Shown piece by piece: positions 21,598 through 39,841 of a stretch of DNA of 64,000 nucleotides; position 1 is the stretch's first letter, and each line of letters starts with the position of its first letter. A program made the translations under genes and the position numbers. This DNA comes from the human T2T-CHM13v2.0 reference genome, Homo sapiens. The DNA is taken from the NCBI RefSeq assembly GCF_009914755.1, contig NC_060942.1. The stretch is one strand, 5' to 3'. The notes below the pieces were generated by a model. It saw only the letters and a list, made by a program, of their open reading frames with translations. It was not told the origin of the DNA and ran no database searches.

Positions 21598-24500
21598 TCA
21601 CAAAAGACTCCGTCCAATATTATTTCATTTCTATTACATTAAAGAAAGGGCAAAACTAAACTATTTGAGGAATGCATACAAAACACAGTGATCACCTCTG
21701 GGCAGAAGGAGGGAGATGGAATGGGAAGAGCACACAGGAGGCTACTGGCTGCTGACAGTATTTTGTTTTGTTTTGTTTTGTTTCTTTGACTTGGATGGTG
21801 GTTTCATAGATATTTGCCTGTGGTTATTCCTTAAGCTATAAATGTTTTGTGCACTCTTCTGTATTATGATACATCTCAATGAGAATAAAAGGGTGGATTT
21901 ACCACCCCCCCCCACCACCAAACTACATATATGTACCAATGTATGTAGTCCTCATACTTTGATAGCAAGTAGTATCATAGGCAGGGATGCTATGGTGTAA
22001 TAATAATGTTTGTGTCTTCTGAGTTTTTCTGTTTCGCATGTGGTGATTGTACAGTGGGATTGTTGCTGTCATAGTAATCTCTCATAGCTGACTTTACTGT
22101 CTAAGAAGGGAGTGGGCAGGAACAACTCTAAATGGAACTCTGTAAATGTCCAACACTTTTCCTTCCCCGTCCTCCACCATGGCCTCCTTTCCTTTGCCTT
22201 CCAAGAGTTTAGAGCTCTCATGCTGCCTGCTGCCCTCTGTGTGTCCAGAATATTTTGTGATCTGCCACCCCCTAACCTAGGCCTACCCTGCTCACATAGC
22301 CTATCACTTTGTTTCCATTTCCCCCAGGACTCCTCCTCTGTCCCTGATGATGGCTGTTTAAGAAGCAGATTGTATGGGAGTGTATCATTCAACCGTCCCT
22401 AAGATGTGGCCGTGTCTGTCTCCTTCCGCTTTGTGTCCTCCTTTGGGCACTTACTTCCCCCTTCCCTCTCTAGGTGCATCAAAAGTTCCTCCAGCATGAT
22501 TTTCTAAATTTAGTTTCTTATGAATACTCAGTTAATGCTTTTCTAAAACAGTCTCTTTTTTTTCCAAATATGGTGGGAACCCTTTGGCAAATTTGCCCAC
22601 TTCTAGCCAGATACTGAGAACACGCGGGGTTTTCCTTTACACGGTAAACTCCTTGAAGGTAGGGATTGTATCTTTGTCTTATTCCCCTACTGCATTCCCA
22701 GAGCCTAACATAGTACCTGGCATGCTGAAGAGGCTCAATAAATATTTGATGAACTCATGGATGGGAGAGAGAAGGAAAACAATGATTACTCCCCTCTGAG
22801 ACAGGAGAGGAGGCTACGGGTCATGCATGTGCTTGTGAGACTTCTATTCCTGCTAAGAGAAAATGCAACCCCTTAGTAAGCATGAGGAAGAATATCCCAC
22901 TTTGTGGAAATGAAGAAACCCATAAGTAATAACAGTGAAGTCATTTTCACTTATTACACTAGCCAAAATATTTTATTTCAGTGTTAAAATGCAGTGCTGG
23001 TAAAACCGACACTCTCAGCCAGGCTGGTAAAGGTGAACAGTGGTGTGACCTTTTAAGAAAGCAGTTTGGCAATATGTAACAAGAACATTTAAAATATTTA
23101 TACCTTTTGCTATAATAATCTCACTTTAGCGGGCTTAACCAAGAAAATAACCGAAATGGAGAGTCAAGATATTCACTGCAGTTCCCTTTATATTAACTAA
23201 AAAGGAAAAGCAACCTTAGTATAGCAACAATTGAGCAAATCGTGACATACACACATGATGAAGATGCTAAAAAAGATCATTATGAACCGTGCAGCCACCT
23301 AGGAAATAATTCTGTTAAGCAATAAAAGTAAAATTGAAATGATTTTTTGTCATATCACGTAAAAAGATAATGTGGATAAAACATAGAAGGGCATGTACTA
23401 AAAGAAAAAAAAACTGGTTCGTGGGAGAAGTAAGACTTCAGCATGTTTGTTTCTTTTTCTGAATTTTCTTTTATGTTATAATTTTCATAAACATAAAAAT
23501 TCTCAAAATTAATCCAAATGTATAGGTTAGTAGAAAATGTCTGCTTTTTACTGATCTCTCGTCAGCTCTGCATGTGTAGAAATAAAGGCCAATACCTAAT
23601 GTAGGCAAGTTCAAGATACAGGTAGATGATAACATAACTAGATTTTGAACTCTCTGCTCACTACTGAACAATTATATTTGGCAATTACTGGGTACTAGGA
23701 GATGAGGGTACAAAGATGGTATTGAGCTCTACCTAGAGTTCTGTAAAATGCTCACGTATGTCAGATTTCAAGAGCAGAATCGGGGTAGTAGGAACAGGAA
23801 AACAAAGGGAGAACACCACGGTTATAGAATCAGTAGCAGATCAGCTCAACATTTGCTCCTGGCCCAAATGGAGAAAAGAGACTGGATTTACCCTCCCCCT
23901 GGAACAACTGCAACAACAAAATACAGACAAAAATACATTAAAAAAATTTTAAATACACTATTCATCAGGCAACAAAGAATAGTGATCCCTGAGAGATGGG
24001 AAACAAAGTGAGTCTTATGATTGCCCAAGCTTGCTGTCTTCACAATTTCTAGACCATGATATAGGGAGAGGAAAGTGGTAGAACCCAGCAGACTCCTTAA
24101 GTCAAGTAGAAGGAACTGAGAGGGGAGACCAGAGCAGCTAGAGTTCACAGGACTAAGTACCAGAGGGAAGAGAGCTGCACAAAGAAGAGAGAAACCCACA
24201 GATATCCAAAGAGTCCCTCAAATGTTCAACATAGTATTACTTGGTACCTGCATGTGAAGAAATTACTCAAAGCTGATCTTTAAAAAGTACCATTCAAGCC
24301 AAGCGTGGTGGCTCACATCTGTAATCCCAGCATTTAGGAGGCTGAGGTGAGAGGATTGCTTGAGCTCAGGAGTTTGAGACCAGCCTGGGCAACCTGGTGA
24401 GACCATGCCTCTACAAAACAATAAAGAAATTAGTTAGGCATGATGGCGTGTGCCTGTAGCACTGGCTACTCTGGAGTCTGAAGCAGTAGGAACGCTTGAG

Positions 24501-25528
24501 GCTGAAGTGAGCTATGATTGAACCACTGTGCTCCAGCCTGGGCAGCGAATGAAACTCTGTCCCAAAGGGAGGGAGGGAAGGAAGGACACAAGGAAGGAAG
24601 GAAGAGAGCGAGGGGAGGGAGAATGGGAAGGAAGGAGAAGGAAAAGAAAAGGAAAGAAAGAGAGAAAGAGAAAGGAAGAACCACCCAAAAGGGTTAGAGG
24701 AAACTGCCCAGCATTCACACAAGGCCAAGAAAAGTGGCTATTCCCACCAGCCACCAGCCAAACAGGAAAACCACATAATACATCAGGCATAAGATAGAGC
24801 ACTTAGGAAGGTCTTGTCTCAGTAACAGATAATACATAGCCCTAGACTGAGCACTGCTCCAGTACTGCCTAAAATATCATGAAAGCAAAACCCCAAAAGA
24901 TCAAATTGTTTCCAAATAATTTAACTGTATACAAAACAAAGCTCAAGGATATTTATAGGAATATAAAAACACTCAGCACCCAACTAGATAAAATCGACAA
25001 TGCCTGACATCCAGTGAAAGATTACCAGGGTGCAAAGAGGCAAGAAAATACAACCAATACCAAGGAGATTAATCAATCAAAACCAGTGCAGAACTGACAC
25101 GTTAGAGTCAGCAGAGAAAGACATCAAGACAATTATTATAACTATATTTCATATCTTCAGAAAGTTAAGTAGACATGACAGATACGAAAAAGACCCAAAT
25201 TAAACTTCAGTGTTTGAGAAGAAAAGCACTCTGGATGGGATTAACAACAGGTTAGTCATTGAAAAAGAAAAGAATAATGAAAGCACAGTAATGGAAACTA
25301 TCTGCAGCTAAACTCAGAAACAAAAGAAAATGAAACGAACATCAGTGAGCTGTGGAACAACTACAAGCAGCCTAATATACTAGTAATTGGAGGGCCTGAA
25401 GGTGTGGGAGACAAAATATGTATTTGGAGAAATAATCCCCCACAGGTTCCCAAACTTGGTGAACATTATAAACCCACAGATCCAAGACATTCAGTGAACC
25501 CCAAGCATAAGAAACATAAAACTACACC

Positions 25529-25773
<245 letters not shown>

Positions 25774-26833
25774 CTACACCAAAGCATATCATTATAAATT
25801 GCTCAAGGCTGGGCACAGTGGCTCATGCCTGTACTCCCAGCACTTTGGGAGGCCGAGATGGGCAGATCACTTGAGGTCAGGAGTTCAAGACCAGCCTGGA
25901 CAACATGGTGAAATCCTGTCTCTACAAAAAAATACAAGAATTAGCCAGGTGTGTTGGCAGGCATCTGTAATCCCAGCTACTTGGGAGGCTGAGGCAGGAG
26001 AATCACTGGGAGGCAGAAGTTGCAGTGAGCTGAGATCATGCCACTGTACTCCAGCCTGGGAGACACAGCAAGACTCCATCTCAAATAAATAAATAATAAA
26101 AATATAAATAAATAAAATTGCTCAAAAGCAATGGTAAAGAGAAAAATCTTAAAAGCAGCCAGAGAGAAAAGGCATGTAATTAGTACAGGGGAACAAAAAG
26201 AAGCCTGACATCAGATTTCTCATGGGAAACAATATAAATGAGAAGACAGAGCAATATTTTTAAAGTTAACCTAGAATTCTATACCCAATAAAAATATCTT
26301 TTGGCCAGGTGCGGTGGCTCACGCCTGTAATCCTAGCACTTTGGGAGGCTGAGGTGGGTGGATCACTTGAGGTCAGGAGTTTGAGACCAGGCTGGCCGAC
26401 ATGGTGAAACCCCATTTCTACTAAAAATGCAAAAAAAATTGCCAGGCATGGTGATGTGGGCCTGTATTTGGGAAGCGGAGGCACGAGAATCGCTTTAACC
26501 CGGGAGACAGAGGTTGCAGTTAGCCAAGATCGCGCCACTGCACTCCAGCCTGGATGAAAGAGTAAGACTCCATCTCAAAAACAAACAAACAAAAAATAAT
26601 CTTTCAAAAATGAAGATGAAATAAAGACACTTTAAGACGTACAAAATATGGAATAGTTCACAACCAGCAGACTCACACTACAAGAAATGCTAAAGGAAGT
26701 CATTCAGATAGATGGACTTGATAGCAGATGAAAATCCGAATCTTTACAAGGCATTGAAAACCACTGAAAATAGGCCAGGCACAGTGGCTCACACCTGTAA
26801 TCCCAGTACTTTGGGGCCGAGGCGGGTGGATCA

Positions 26834-27130
<297 letters not shown>

Positions 27131-27313
27131 TTAAAAGATGATTGTTACACCAGTATAATAATATATTTTGGGTTTATAATACATTTAAAAGTAAATTGTA
27201 TGACAATAGTCTAAAGGCCAGGAGGGGAAATATGGAAGTTCATTATTGTAAAGTTCTTATACATGAAATTTTGCAACATCACCTGAGGTTTTACAGTGGC
27301 AAGTGAGGATATA

Positions 27314-27713
<400 letters not shown>

Positions 27714-27960
27714 TAGCTGGGATTACAGGTGCCTGCCACCACGCCCAGCTAATTTTTTTGTATTTTTATTAGAGACAGGGTTTCACCATGTTGGCCAGGC
27801 TGGTTTCGAGCTCCTGGCCTCAAGTCATCCACCTGCCTCAGCCTCCCAAAGTGCTGGGATTACCAGCGTGCACCACTGTGCCTGGCCTGGTTTTGTTTTT
27901 CATAATTCAGTTTAATCAATAAGCATGTATTTATTGACTATTTTTTTAAAAAAGGAAGTA

Positions 27961-28333
27961 CAGTCATGTACCACATAATGATGTTTGGTCAGTGATGGAC
28001 CTCGTATACAAAGGTGGTCCCATAAGATTATAATACTGTATTTTTACTGTACCATTTCTATATTTAGATATGTTTAGATACACAAATACCATTTTGTTAC
28101 AATTGCCTATAGCATTCATATAGTAGTTATTCATGTTGTAATTATTCAAAACTATTCATGCCGTATAGTTTTGCTGTAGCTTTGGGGCAGTAGGCCATAC
28201 CATATAGCCTATGTGTATAGTGGGCTATACTGTCTAGGTTTATGTAAGTATATTCTAGAGTTCGCAGAAGGACAAAATTGCCTAATGACACATTTCTTAG
28301 AGCATATTTCTGTCACTAAGCAAACATAACTAT
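27961..28333 (+). mobile_element. Tigger3a/MER7A MITE
   Basis: TA-cagtcatg terminus, ggtggtcccataagattataat; similar to 1-548. Confidence 0.75.
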
Positions 28334-28513
28334 AAAATTGTCTTTATTCATAGACCACGTGATTGTCTATGTAGAAGACCCAATGAAATCTTTTAAAAAG
28401 CTACTAGCACCAATAAGTGAGCATAAACATTGCAGGATACAGGAGCAATATACAAATGTCAATTGTATTTTTAGAAAGCCTAGAAATAAACCCGCACATA
28501 CAGGGACAACTGA

Positions 28514-28738
<225 letters not shown>

Positions 28739-29172
28739 TGACCTCAAGTGATCCACCTGCTTTGGCTTCCCAAAGTGCTGGGATTACAGGCGTGAGCCAC
28801 TGTGCCCACCCACAACTGACTTTTTAACAAAAGCACAAAGACAATGCAATGAAGAACGGATAGCCTTTTCAGCAAATGGTACTGGAACAGTTGAATGTCC
28901 ATATTCAAAAACATGAACTTTGATCTATGTCTCACACCACATACAAAAATTAGATAGGTCATAGATGTAAATGTTAAACCAAAAACTATGCAACTTGTAG
29001 AAGAAAACATGGGGAAAATATTTGTGACCTGGCTTAGGTAATGGTTTTTTGGATATAACACCAAAAGTTTAATCTAAAAAAGAACAAATCGATAAATTGG
29101 ACTTCATTAAATTAAGAACTTCTCCTTCAAATGAGAATGAAAAGACAAGCCACAGACGGGCGCGGTGGCTCA

Positions 29173-29514
<342 letters not shown>

Positions 29515-31994
29515 CTAAAGCCCTATAAAAATTGAAAAATAAGAAAATAAGCCAGTTTTTAAAATGAGAAAAGTTATATGGGTGGCAGTTAAGCACTGTG
29601 AAAAGATACTCAACATCATTAATCATTAGGGAAATGCAAATTTAAATAACAATGAGATACCAGTATACACCTATTAGTATGGCTAAAATAAAAGACTACA
29701 TCAAGCAATGGTGAGGATGTAGAGGTGGTAGAACTCTAATGCAGTGCTGAGAACATAAAATTATAAAGTCACCTTTGGAACAGTCTGACAGTTGCTTAAA
29801 AAGTTAAATATATACCAGCCATATGGTCTAGCCATTTTATTCCTAGGTGTTTACCAGAGGGGAAAGAAAATAAAATCCATACAAACACTTGTATACAATT
29901 GTTGATAGCAGCTTTCTTTGTAATAACCCCAAACTGGAAACAACCCAAAAGTCTATAACAGGTGAATGGATAAATAAATTGATATATCCAAACAGTAATG
30001 AATTCTTGATACCCATGACAATGTGGATGAATCTCAAAATAAATCTAGTGAGTGAAAAAAGCCAGACCAAAAAGAAACAAAAAAAGGGATACTGTACAAT
30101 TCTATGCATAGAAACTCTAGAAAATGCAAAGTAATCTATAGTGGCAGAAAACAGATCAGCAGTTTCTTGGGGATGGGAGCAAGGGAAGCATAGGTGGGAG
30201 GAATTACAAAGAGGTACAAGGAAACGTGGGGATGATAAATATGTTCATTATTTTGATTGTGATGATTTCATGTGTATGTACATATGTCAAACTTACCAAA
30301 TTGTGTACTTTAAGTATGTGCAGTTTATTGTCAATTATCCCTCAATAAAGCTATTTTTAAAATCAACAGCATAAGAATGGATTAGGAAGATACCTGATTT
30401 AACATGAGTTTTAGAGGGGAAATATGTTATATTTTAATTAAATGCTAATTCAACTGAATCAAAAATAAAACATGGCTGACATAACTAATGCAGGCTCAGA
30501 GTGCAATAATAGAAATATGGTGTCTACATTAGAAGGACATTAATTGCATGTGAATGTGAAAAGAGGTCCGTTGTAGTTAACCCAGGAAAGAAGCAAATTA
30601 TAGTCTACATTTTGTACAGGCATCAAAGGCAAAAGGAGAGCTCATAAAGACTTAAGCTCTTGGTCATCTGGAAAACCTTTAACAAGATTTAGCAAAGCAT
30701 TTGCTGAATATCTACTGTGTTCTAGGTTCTGTGCTAAACATGTTCATTGCTACTGTGAGGTTGTAGTGTCATTTTGCAGATCATGAAACAGACTGTAAGG
30801 AGGGTTAATAATTGGTGAAATAAGAGGTAACGAGTGGCAAAAATCAAGATTCAAACTCTCTACTGGCTACGTAATTGGCTCCCTATGTTTTGGAAGATTT
30901 TTTCCCCCAGTGATTTTGGGCTAACAGAAAGTAATTGAACTATTGTATAAAGAGGATAAGGAGATTATTTTGGTATTTTTTTCCATTTTATTTCTTTAGC
31001 CACAATGTGACAGTCATTGTACCTGGAGCTGGGAATGCCCTCAAGGAGCTGTATGACCTAGTGGGAGAAACAAGAAGTTACAAACTACCACAATGTAGAG
31101 AGCAGAGCTGTGACTTGCTCAAGGAACTTTCCAAGTTTGTGAATCCTCCAGTGCTTACAAGTTCCTTCTTTAAATGGATATGAAATCATTAGTAGAGAGA
31201 ATGAGGCCTTGGTGAGATGTAGATGCTGAGCAAATCAGCTACTTACTCACTAAGCACCAGGTTCTGCACGGTAGCCTCACAGCCCCATGGTTCAAATTCG
31301 TGTCTGAGCAAGGTGACAGGGGATCACATTTTGGATATTTAGGGGCTACTCCCAAATAATCAAAACTGTTCTGAAACATTTACATATTTCAAAAATACCT
31401 ATGTGCGTGTGTATATACATACATATATAATATATTCATATATATGCAGTAAAAAGTTTCTCTTTCATCTCACCTTATTTCTAGTCTCCTCCCAAACAGG
31501 TAACCACTGTAATTATTTTTCTTATGTATTTTTCTAGATTTTCTTTATATCTATTCAAGCAAGCACAAATGCAAATTCTTATTTTTACAACTTTCTTACT
31601 CCAAAGGCAAAATTTTGTATGCAGGATTCTGCACCTCACTTTTTCATATTGCTGTGTCTTAAAGATCTTTCCAAATCAATAGAGAACTTCCTCATTAATT
31701 TTTTACTGCCACATACTATCTGGATATGCCATAATTTATTTAACCTGCTCCCTATTGATAGGCATTTATATTGTTTTGAAACAATGTAGCAATGAATAAC
31801 CTCAATATATATCATTTCTCACATATATATAAATGTCCAGGATTGCTGGATCAAACATATACTCATTTGTAATTTCTATGCATGCTGTCAAATTACTCTC
31901 CTAACAGGTTGTACCAATATTTCCACAGAGGCTCACTAATTGAGTTTATTTATTGAACTTTTGGATTTTTGTGAATCTGATGGGTGAAAAATAA

Positions 31995-32350
<356 letters not shown>

Positions 32351-32424
32351 TAAAAGCTGTTTGCATTTTTTCCTATAAACTCTAAGTTCATAACCTTTAC
32401 CCTTTAGTTATTGAGTTGTTGGTT

Positions 32425-33222
<798 letters not shown>

Positions 33223-33348
33223 ACAATGTTTTTCTCTTATTGGCCTCTGTTGACAGTAATGCATAGTGTAATTATTGTGATATTAGTCACAGAATTTTCC
33301 CTGGTTTATAATTTTGTTTATACATAGTATTTTTAAAGTAACAACTTT

Positions 33349-33708
<360 letters not shown>

Positions 33709-35139
33709 TCATGCAATTCATCCATTAAAAGTATATAATTCAATAAAAAACAAAAAGTGTACAATTCAGTGTTTTTAAGTATTATATTCACAGAATTATG
33801 CAATCGTCACCGCAGTAAATTTCAGAACATTTTCATCACTCCAAGGAAAAATCCCATATCCATTAATAGTCATTCCCTGTTTCATCCCTTTCCTCAGCCC
33901 CTGGCAACCACAAATCTGTTTTCTATTTCTATGTATTTGTCTGTTCTGGGCATTTCATATAATTGTTACACATGGTCTTTTGTGAGTAGCTTCTTTCATT
34001 TGGCATAATGTTTTCAAGGTTCATCCATATCGTAGTATGTATCAGTACTTTATTCCTTTTTACTGCTGAATAATATTCTACTGTATGGATAAACATATGA
34101 TACAAATAAATTTTCAATTTTTTAATAGGTAAGTTGATACAAATCAATTTTCAGTTTTTCAGTCAGGTTGTCCATTATTGATTTATAAGAGGTTTTTTAA
34201 ATATATATATTTGGGATACAAGTTCTTTATCAGATACATGATTTTCAAAGATTTTTCTCCCATTCTGTGGGTTGTCTTTCACTTTCTTGATGGTGTCCTT
34301 TGAAGCATAAACCTATGTTTATCCATACAATATACAATCTGTGGATAAATGCCATTCATCAGTTGATGGGCATTTGGGTTATTTCCATTTTGGAGCTATT
34401 ATGAACAATCCTGCTATGAACATTTGTGCACAGGTTTTTGGCTGGATGCGTGTTTTCCTTTCTCTCACATTTCAAACCTAGGAGTGGAATTGCTGGGTCA
34501 TATGATAACTCTATGTAAAATCATTTGAGAACTGTTTTCCAAAGTGGCAGCACCATTTTACATTTCTACCAGCAATGTGTGAGGATTCAAATTTCTCCAT
34601 ATCCTTACCAACACTTGTTAATGTCTGTTTTTATTATAGCCACCCTTGTGGGTACGATGTAGTAGCTCATTGTGGTTTTGATTTGCATTTCTCCAGTGGT
34701 TAATGATGTTGAGCATCTTGTCATGTGCTTATTGGCCATTTGTATATTTTCCTTGAAGAAGTATCTATACAAATCAATTTTCAATTTTTCAGTTGGGTTG
34801 ACTCTTTATTGATTTACAAGAGTTTTTAAAATATATTTGGAATACAAGTCCTATATCATATACGTGATTTTCAAAGATTTTCTCCCATTCTGTGGGTTGT
34901 CTTTTACTTTCTTGATGGTGTCCTTTGAAACATGAAGTTTATTTATCTTGATGAAGACTAATTCATGTATATTTTCTTTTGTTTGTGTTTTCGGTGTTAT
35001 AGCTAAGAAACCATTGCCTAATCCATGGTCATGAAAATTACTCCTGTGTTTTCTTCTAAGAGTGTTATAGCTATTAGCTATTAGCCATTACATTTAGATG
35101 TATAATCTATTTTAGGTTAATTTTTTTTTTTTTTTTTGA

Positions 35140-35247
<108 letters not shown>

Positions 35248-35802
35248 TAGCTGGGACTACAGGCGCCCACCACCACGCCTGGCTAATTTTTTGTATTTTT
35301 GGTACAGACGGGGGTTTCACCATGTTAACCAGGCTGGTCTCGAACTCCTGACCTCGTGATCCGCCTGCCTCAGCCTCCCAAAGTGCTGGGATTATAGGCA
35401 TGAGCCACCGCGCCCGGCCTTAGGTTAATTCTTGTATGTGGTATGAGGAAGAGGTTCAACTTCATTCTTTTGCCTGTGGATATCCAGTTGTCACAAAACC
35501 ATTTGTTAAGATGACTAAATTTTTTAACCCCTTGAATTTTCTTGGCACTGTTGTCAAATTTCATTTGCCCATAAAATGTAAGAGTTTATCTCTGGACTCT
35601 CAGTGTTATTTCCTTGATCTGTATGTCTGTCCTTATGCCAACACCACACTGCATAATTATGGTAGCTTTGTATGAAATTCTGAAATGGGGACGTGTAAGT
35701 CCTCCAGCTTTGCTTTTCTTTTTCAAGATTGTTTTCGCTGTCCAGATGCGGTGGCTCACGCCTGTAATCCCAGCATGTTGGGAGGCAGAGGCGGGCGGAT
35801 CA

Positions 35803-36012
<210 letters not shown>

Positions 36013-36263
36013 CTACGTCTCAAAAAAAAAAAAAACAAAAAAAAAAAAAAACAAAAAAAAAAAACTGTTTTGGCTATTCTGGGTCCCTTGCATTTTTACT
36101 TGAATTTTAGGATTAGTTTGTCAATTTCTGTGAAGAAACCAGCTGGAATTTTGATGGGGCTTACTCTGAATCTTTACAATAGTTTGAGTAGTATTGCCAT
36201 CTTAATATTAACCTTTCTGATCTATGAAGATGGGCGTCTTTACATTTGTTTAGGTCTTCTTTA

Positions 36264-36419
<156 letters not shown>

Positions 36420-36972
36420 TTAGCCGGGCATGGTGGCATGTGCTTGTCATCCCAGCTACTTGGGAGGCCGAGGTGGGAGGATCACATGAGCCCAGGAACT
36501 TGAGGTTGTTGTGAGCTGTGATCATGCCACTACACTCCAGCTTGGGCAATAGAGTGAGACCCTGCCTCAAAAAAACAAAAAACAAAAAAACCAACAATGG
36601 TTTGTAGTTTTCATAGTATAAGTTTTACACTTCTTTTGTTCTGTTTATTCCTAAGTAGTTATTATTTCTGATGCTATTATAAAATGGAAGTTTTTCCTTA
36701 AGTATATTTTGGGGTTACTGCAATTACATAGGAATACAACTGATTTTTGAATACTGATCTTCTGTCCTGAAGCCTTGGTGAACTCATTTATTAGCTCTAG
36801 TAGTTTTGTAGTGGCTTCCTTAGGATTTCCTATATTCGGGATCATGTCATCTGCAAATAGATGTGTTTAACTTCTTCCTTCAAACCTGGATACATTTTAT
36901 TTTCCTTCCTAATTACCCTAGATAGAACTTCTTGTACATGTTAAATAGAAGCGGCAAGAGTGGACATATCTT

Positions 36973-37296
<324 letters not shown>

Positions 37297-37947
37297 TGGA
37301 CATATCTTCGTCCAGATCATAGTTTGATCTTTACCACTCAGTCTGATGGTAGTAGTGGGTTTTTTGTTGTTTTTATTTTGGGTTTTTGTCTTTTTGTCTT
37401 TTTTTTTTTTTTTTTTTTTTTTTTTGTCCTCTTGTGTTGAAACTGGAAGTAGTGGTTTTTTTTGTAGATGCTTTTTATCAAGTAGAGGAAGGTCCCTTCT
37501 GTTTCTAATTTGTTGAGTGTTTTTGTCGTGAAAGAATGTTGGATTTTGTCAAATGCTTTACCTGTGTCTCTTGAGATGATCATGTGGTTTTTGTCCTTTA
37601 TTTTGTTAATATGGTGTATGGAATAACAGCGATAGATTTTCATATGTTAAGCCAACCTTGAATTTCAGCTATAAATCTCACTTAGCCATAGCATATAGTC
37701 CCTTTTTTTTTTTTGAGACGGAGTGTCGCTGTTGTCGGCCCGGGCTGGAGTGCAATGGCATGATCGCGGTTTATCTCTTTTTTTTTTTTTTTTTTTTTTT
37801 GAGACGGAGTGTCGCTGTTGTCAGCCCGGGCTGGAGTGCAATGGCACGATCTTGGTTCACTGCAACCTCCACTTCCGAGGTTCCAGCAGTTCTTCTGCCT
37901 CAGCCTCCCGAGTTGCTGAGATTACAGGTGCCCGCCATCACACCTAG

Positions 37948-38106
<159 letters not shown>

Positions 38107-38174
38107 TAGATTGTATTTGCTAGTATTTTGTTGAGCATTGTTATGTACACATTCATGTGTTTCATAAACTATTC

Positions 38175-38425
38175 TCCCTTCCTTCCTTCCTTCCTTCCTT
38201 CCTTCCTTCCTTCCTCCCTTCCCTCCCTCCCTTCCCCTCCCTTCCTTCCCCTCCCTTCCCCTCCCCTCCCCTCCGCTCCCCTCCCCTCCCCTCCCTTCCT
38301 CTTCCCCTCCTCTCCTCTCCTCTCCTGTCCTCTCCTCTCCTCTCCTCTCCTCCCCTCCCCTCTCCTCTCCTCTCCTCTCCTCTCCTCTTCCTTTCCTTTC
38401 TTCTTTTCCTTTCTTCCTTTTCTTT
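38175..38425. repeat. Polypyrimidine/polypurine low-complexity tract, (CCTT)n/(CCCCT)n/(CTCCT)n
   Basis: About 250 bp almost entirely C/T. Confidence 0.9.
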
Positions 38426-38901
38426 TTGAGACAGGGTCTTGTTCTGTAACCCAGGCTGGAGTGCAGTGGTGTGATCATAGCTCACTGTAGCCTCAAACTT
38501 CCTAGCTCAAGCAGTCCTCCCACTTCAGCCTCCTGAGTAGCTGGAATTATAGGTGCAAACCATGGCACCCAGCCATTTGATGTCTTTGTCTGGGTAATAT
38601 TGGCCTTAAGAAGTTGAGTTGGGAAATGCTCCTCCTTCTACTTTTTGAAAAAATTTGAGAAAGCATGGTATTCTTTAAATGTTGGTAGGATTCACTAAGG
38701 AAGACTTCTGAACTAGGCTTTTCTTTGTGGATAATTGTGGGATTTATTTTTGGTTTTGTTTTTAACTAATTTAGTCTCTTTGCTTGTTATGGGTCTATTC
38801 AGAATTTTTCTCTCTCCTTGAGTCAATTTTGATCATTTCTGTCCTAAGAATTTGTCAATTTCAAATCTAATTACCTAATTAGATTTATCTAATTTGATGG
38901 C

Positions 38902-39303
38902 TATATTAGTTTGCGAGGGCTGCCTTAACAAAATACCACACACTGGGTGGTTTAAACAATAGCAATTTATTTTCACACGGTCCTGGACACCTGGAAGTCC
39001 AAGACTGAGGTGCTGGCAGGATTGGATTCTGCTGAGGCCTCTCTCCTTGACTTGCAGATGACCGTCTTCTTGCTGTGTCCTCACGTGGCCTTTCCTCTGT
39101 GTATGGGCACATTCCTGATGTCTCTTCTTCTTTTAAGGACACCAGTCCTTAAAAATCATTTCAGATTACGCCCTTACCCTATGACCTCATCTCATCATAA
39201 TTACCCCTTTAAAGGGCCTATGTTCAAATACAGTCACATTCGAAGGTTTTAGGAATTGGGGCCTCAACATATGGATTGCGGGGAGACAATTCAGTCTATA
39301 ACA
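38902..39303 (-). mobile_element. MLT1A-type MaLR solo LTR with 5-bp TSD ATGGC
   Basis: agggctgccttaacaaaataccaca..., ends tataaca; atggc at 38897-38901 and 39304-39308. Confidence 0.85.
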
Positions 39304-39646
39304 ATGGCATACAATTGTTCATAGCATTTGTTTATAATGCTTTTTTTTTTCTTTAAGGTTGCCAGTGATGCCCCGTCTTTTATTCCTAGTTTTAGTAATT
39401 TATATCTTCTTTTTTTTTCATTGGTCAATCTGGCTAAAGACTTGTCAATTTTGTTGATTCACTCAAAAAACAAACTTTTGGTTTTGTTCATTTCCACTAT
39501 TGTTTCTCTATTCCTTACTTTATTAATTTCTGTTGCTGTCGATTGTCTTTATTCCTTTCTTCTTCTTTCTTTGGGTTTAGTTTTCACTTTTTCTAGTTTC
39601 TTAAGGTGATTGATTTGGGATCACTCTTAAGGTGATTGATTTGGGA

Positions 39647-39680
<34 letters not shown>

Positions 39681-39682
39681 GA

Positions 39683-39841
<159 letters not shown>

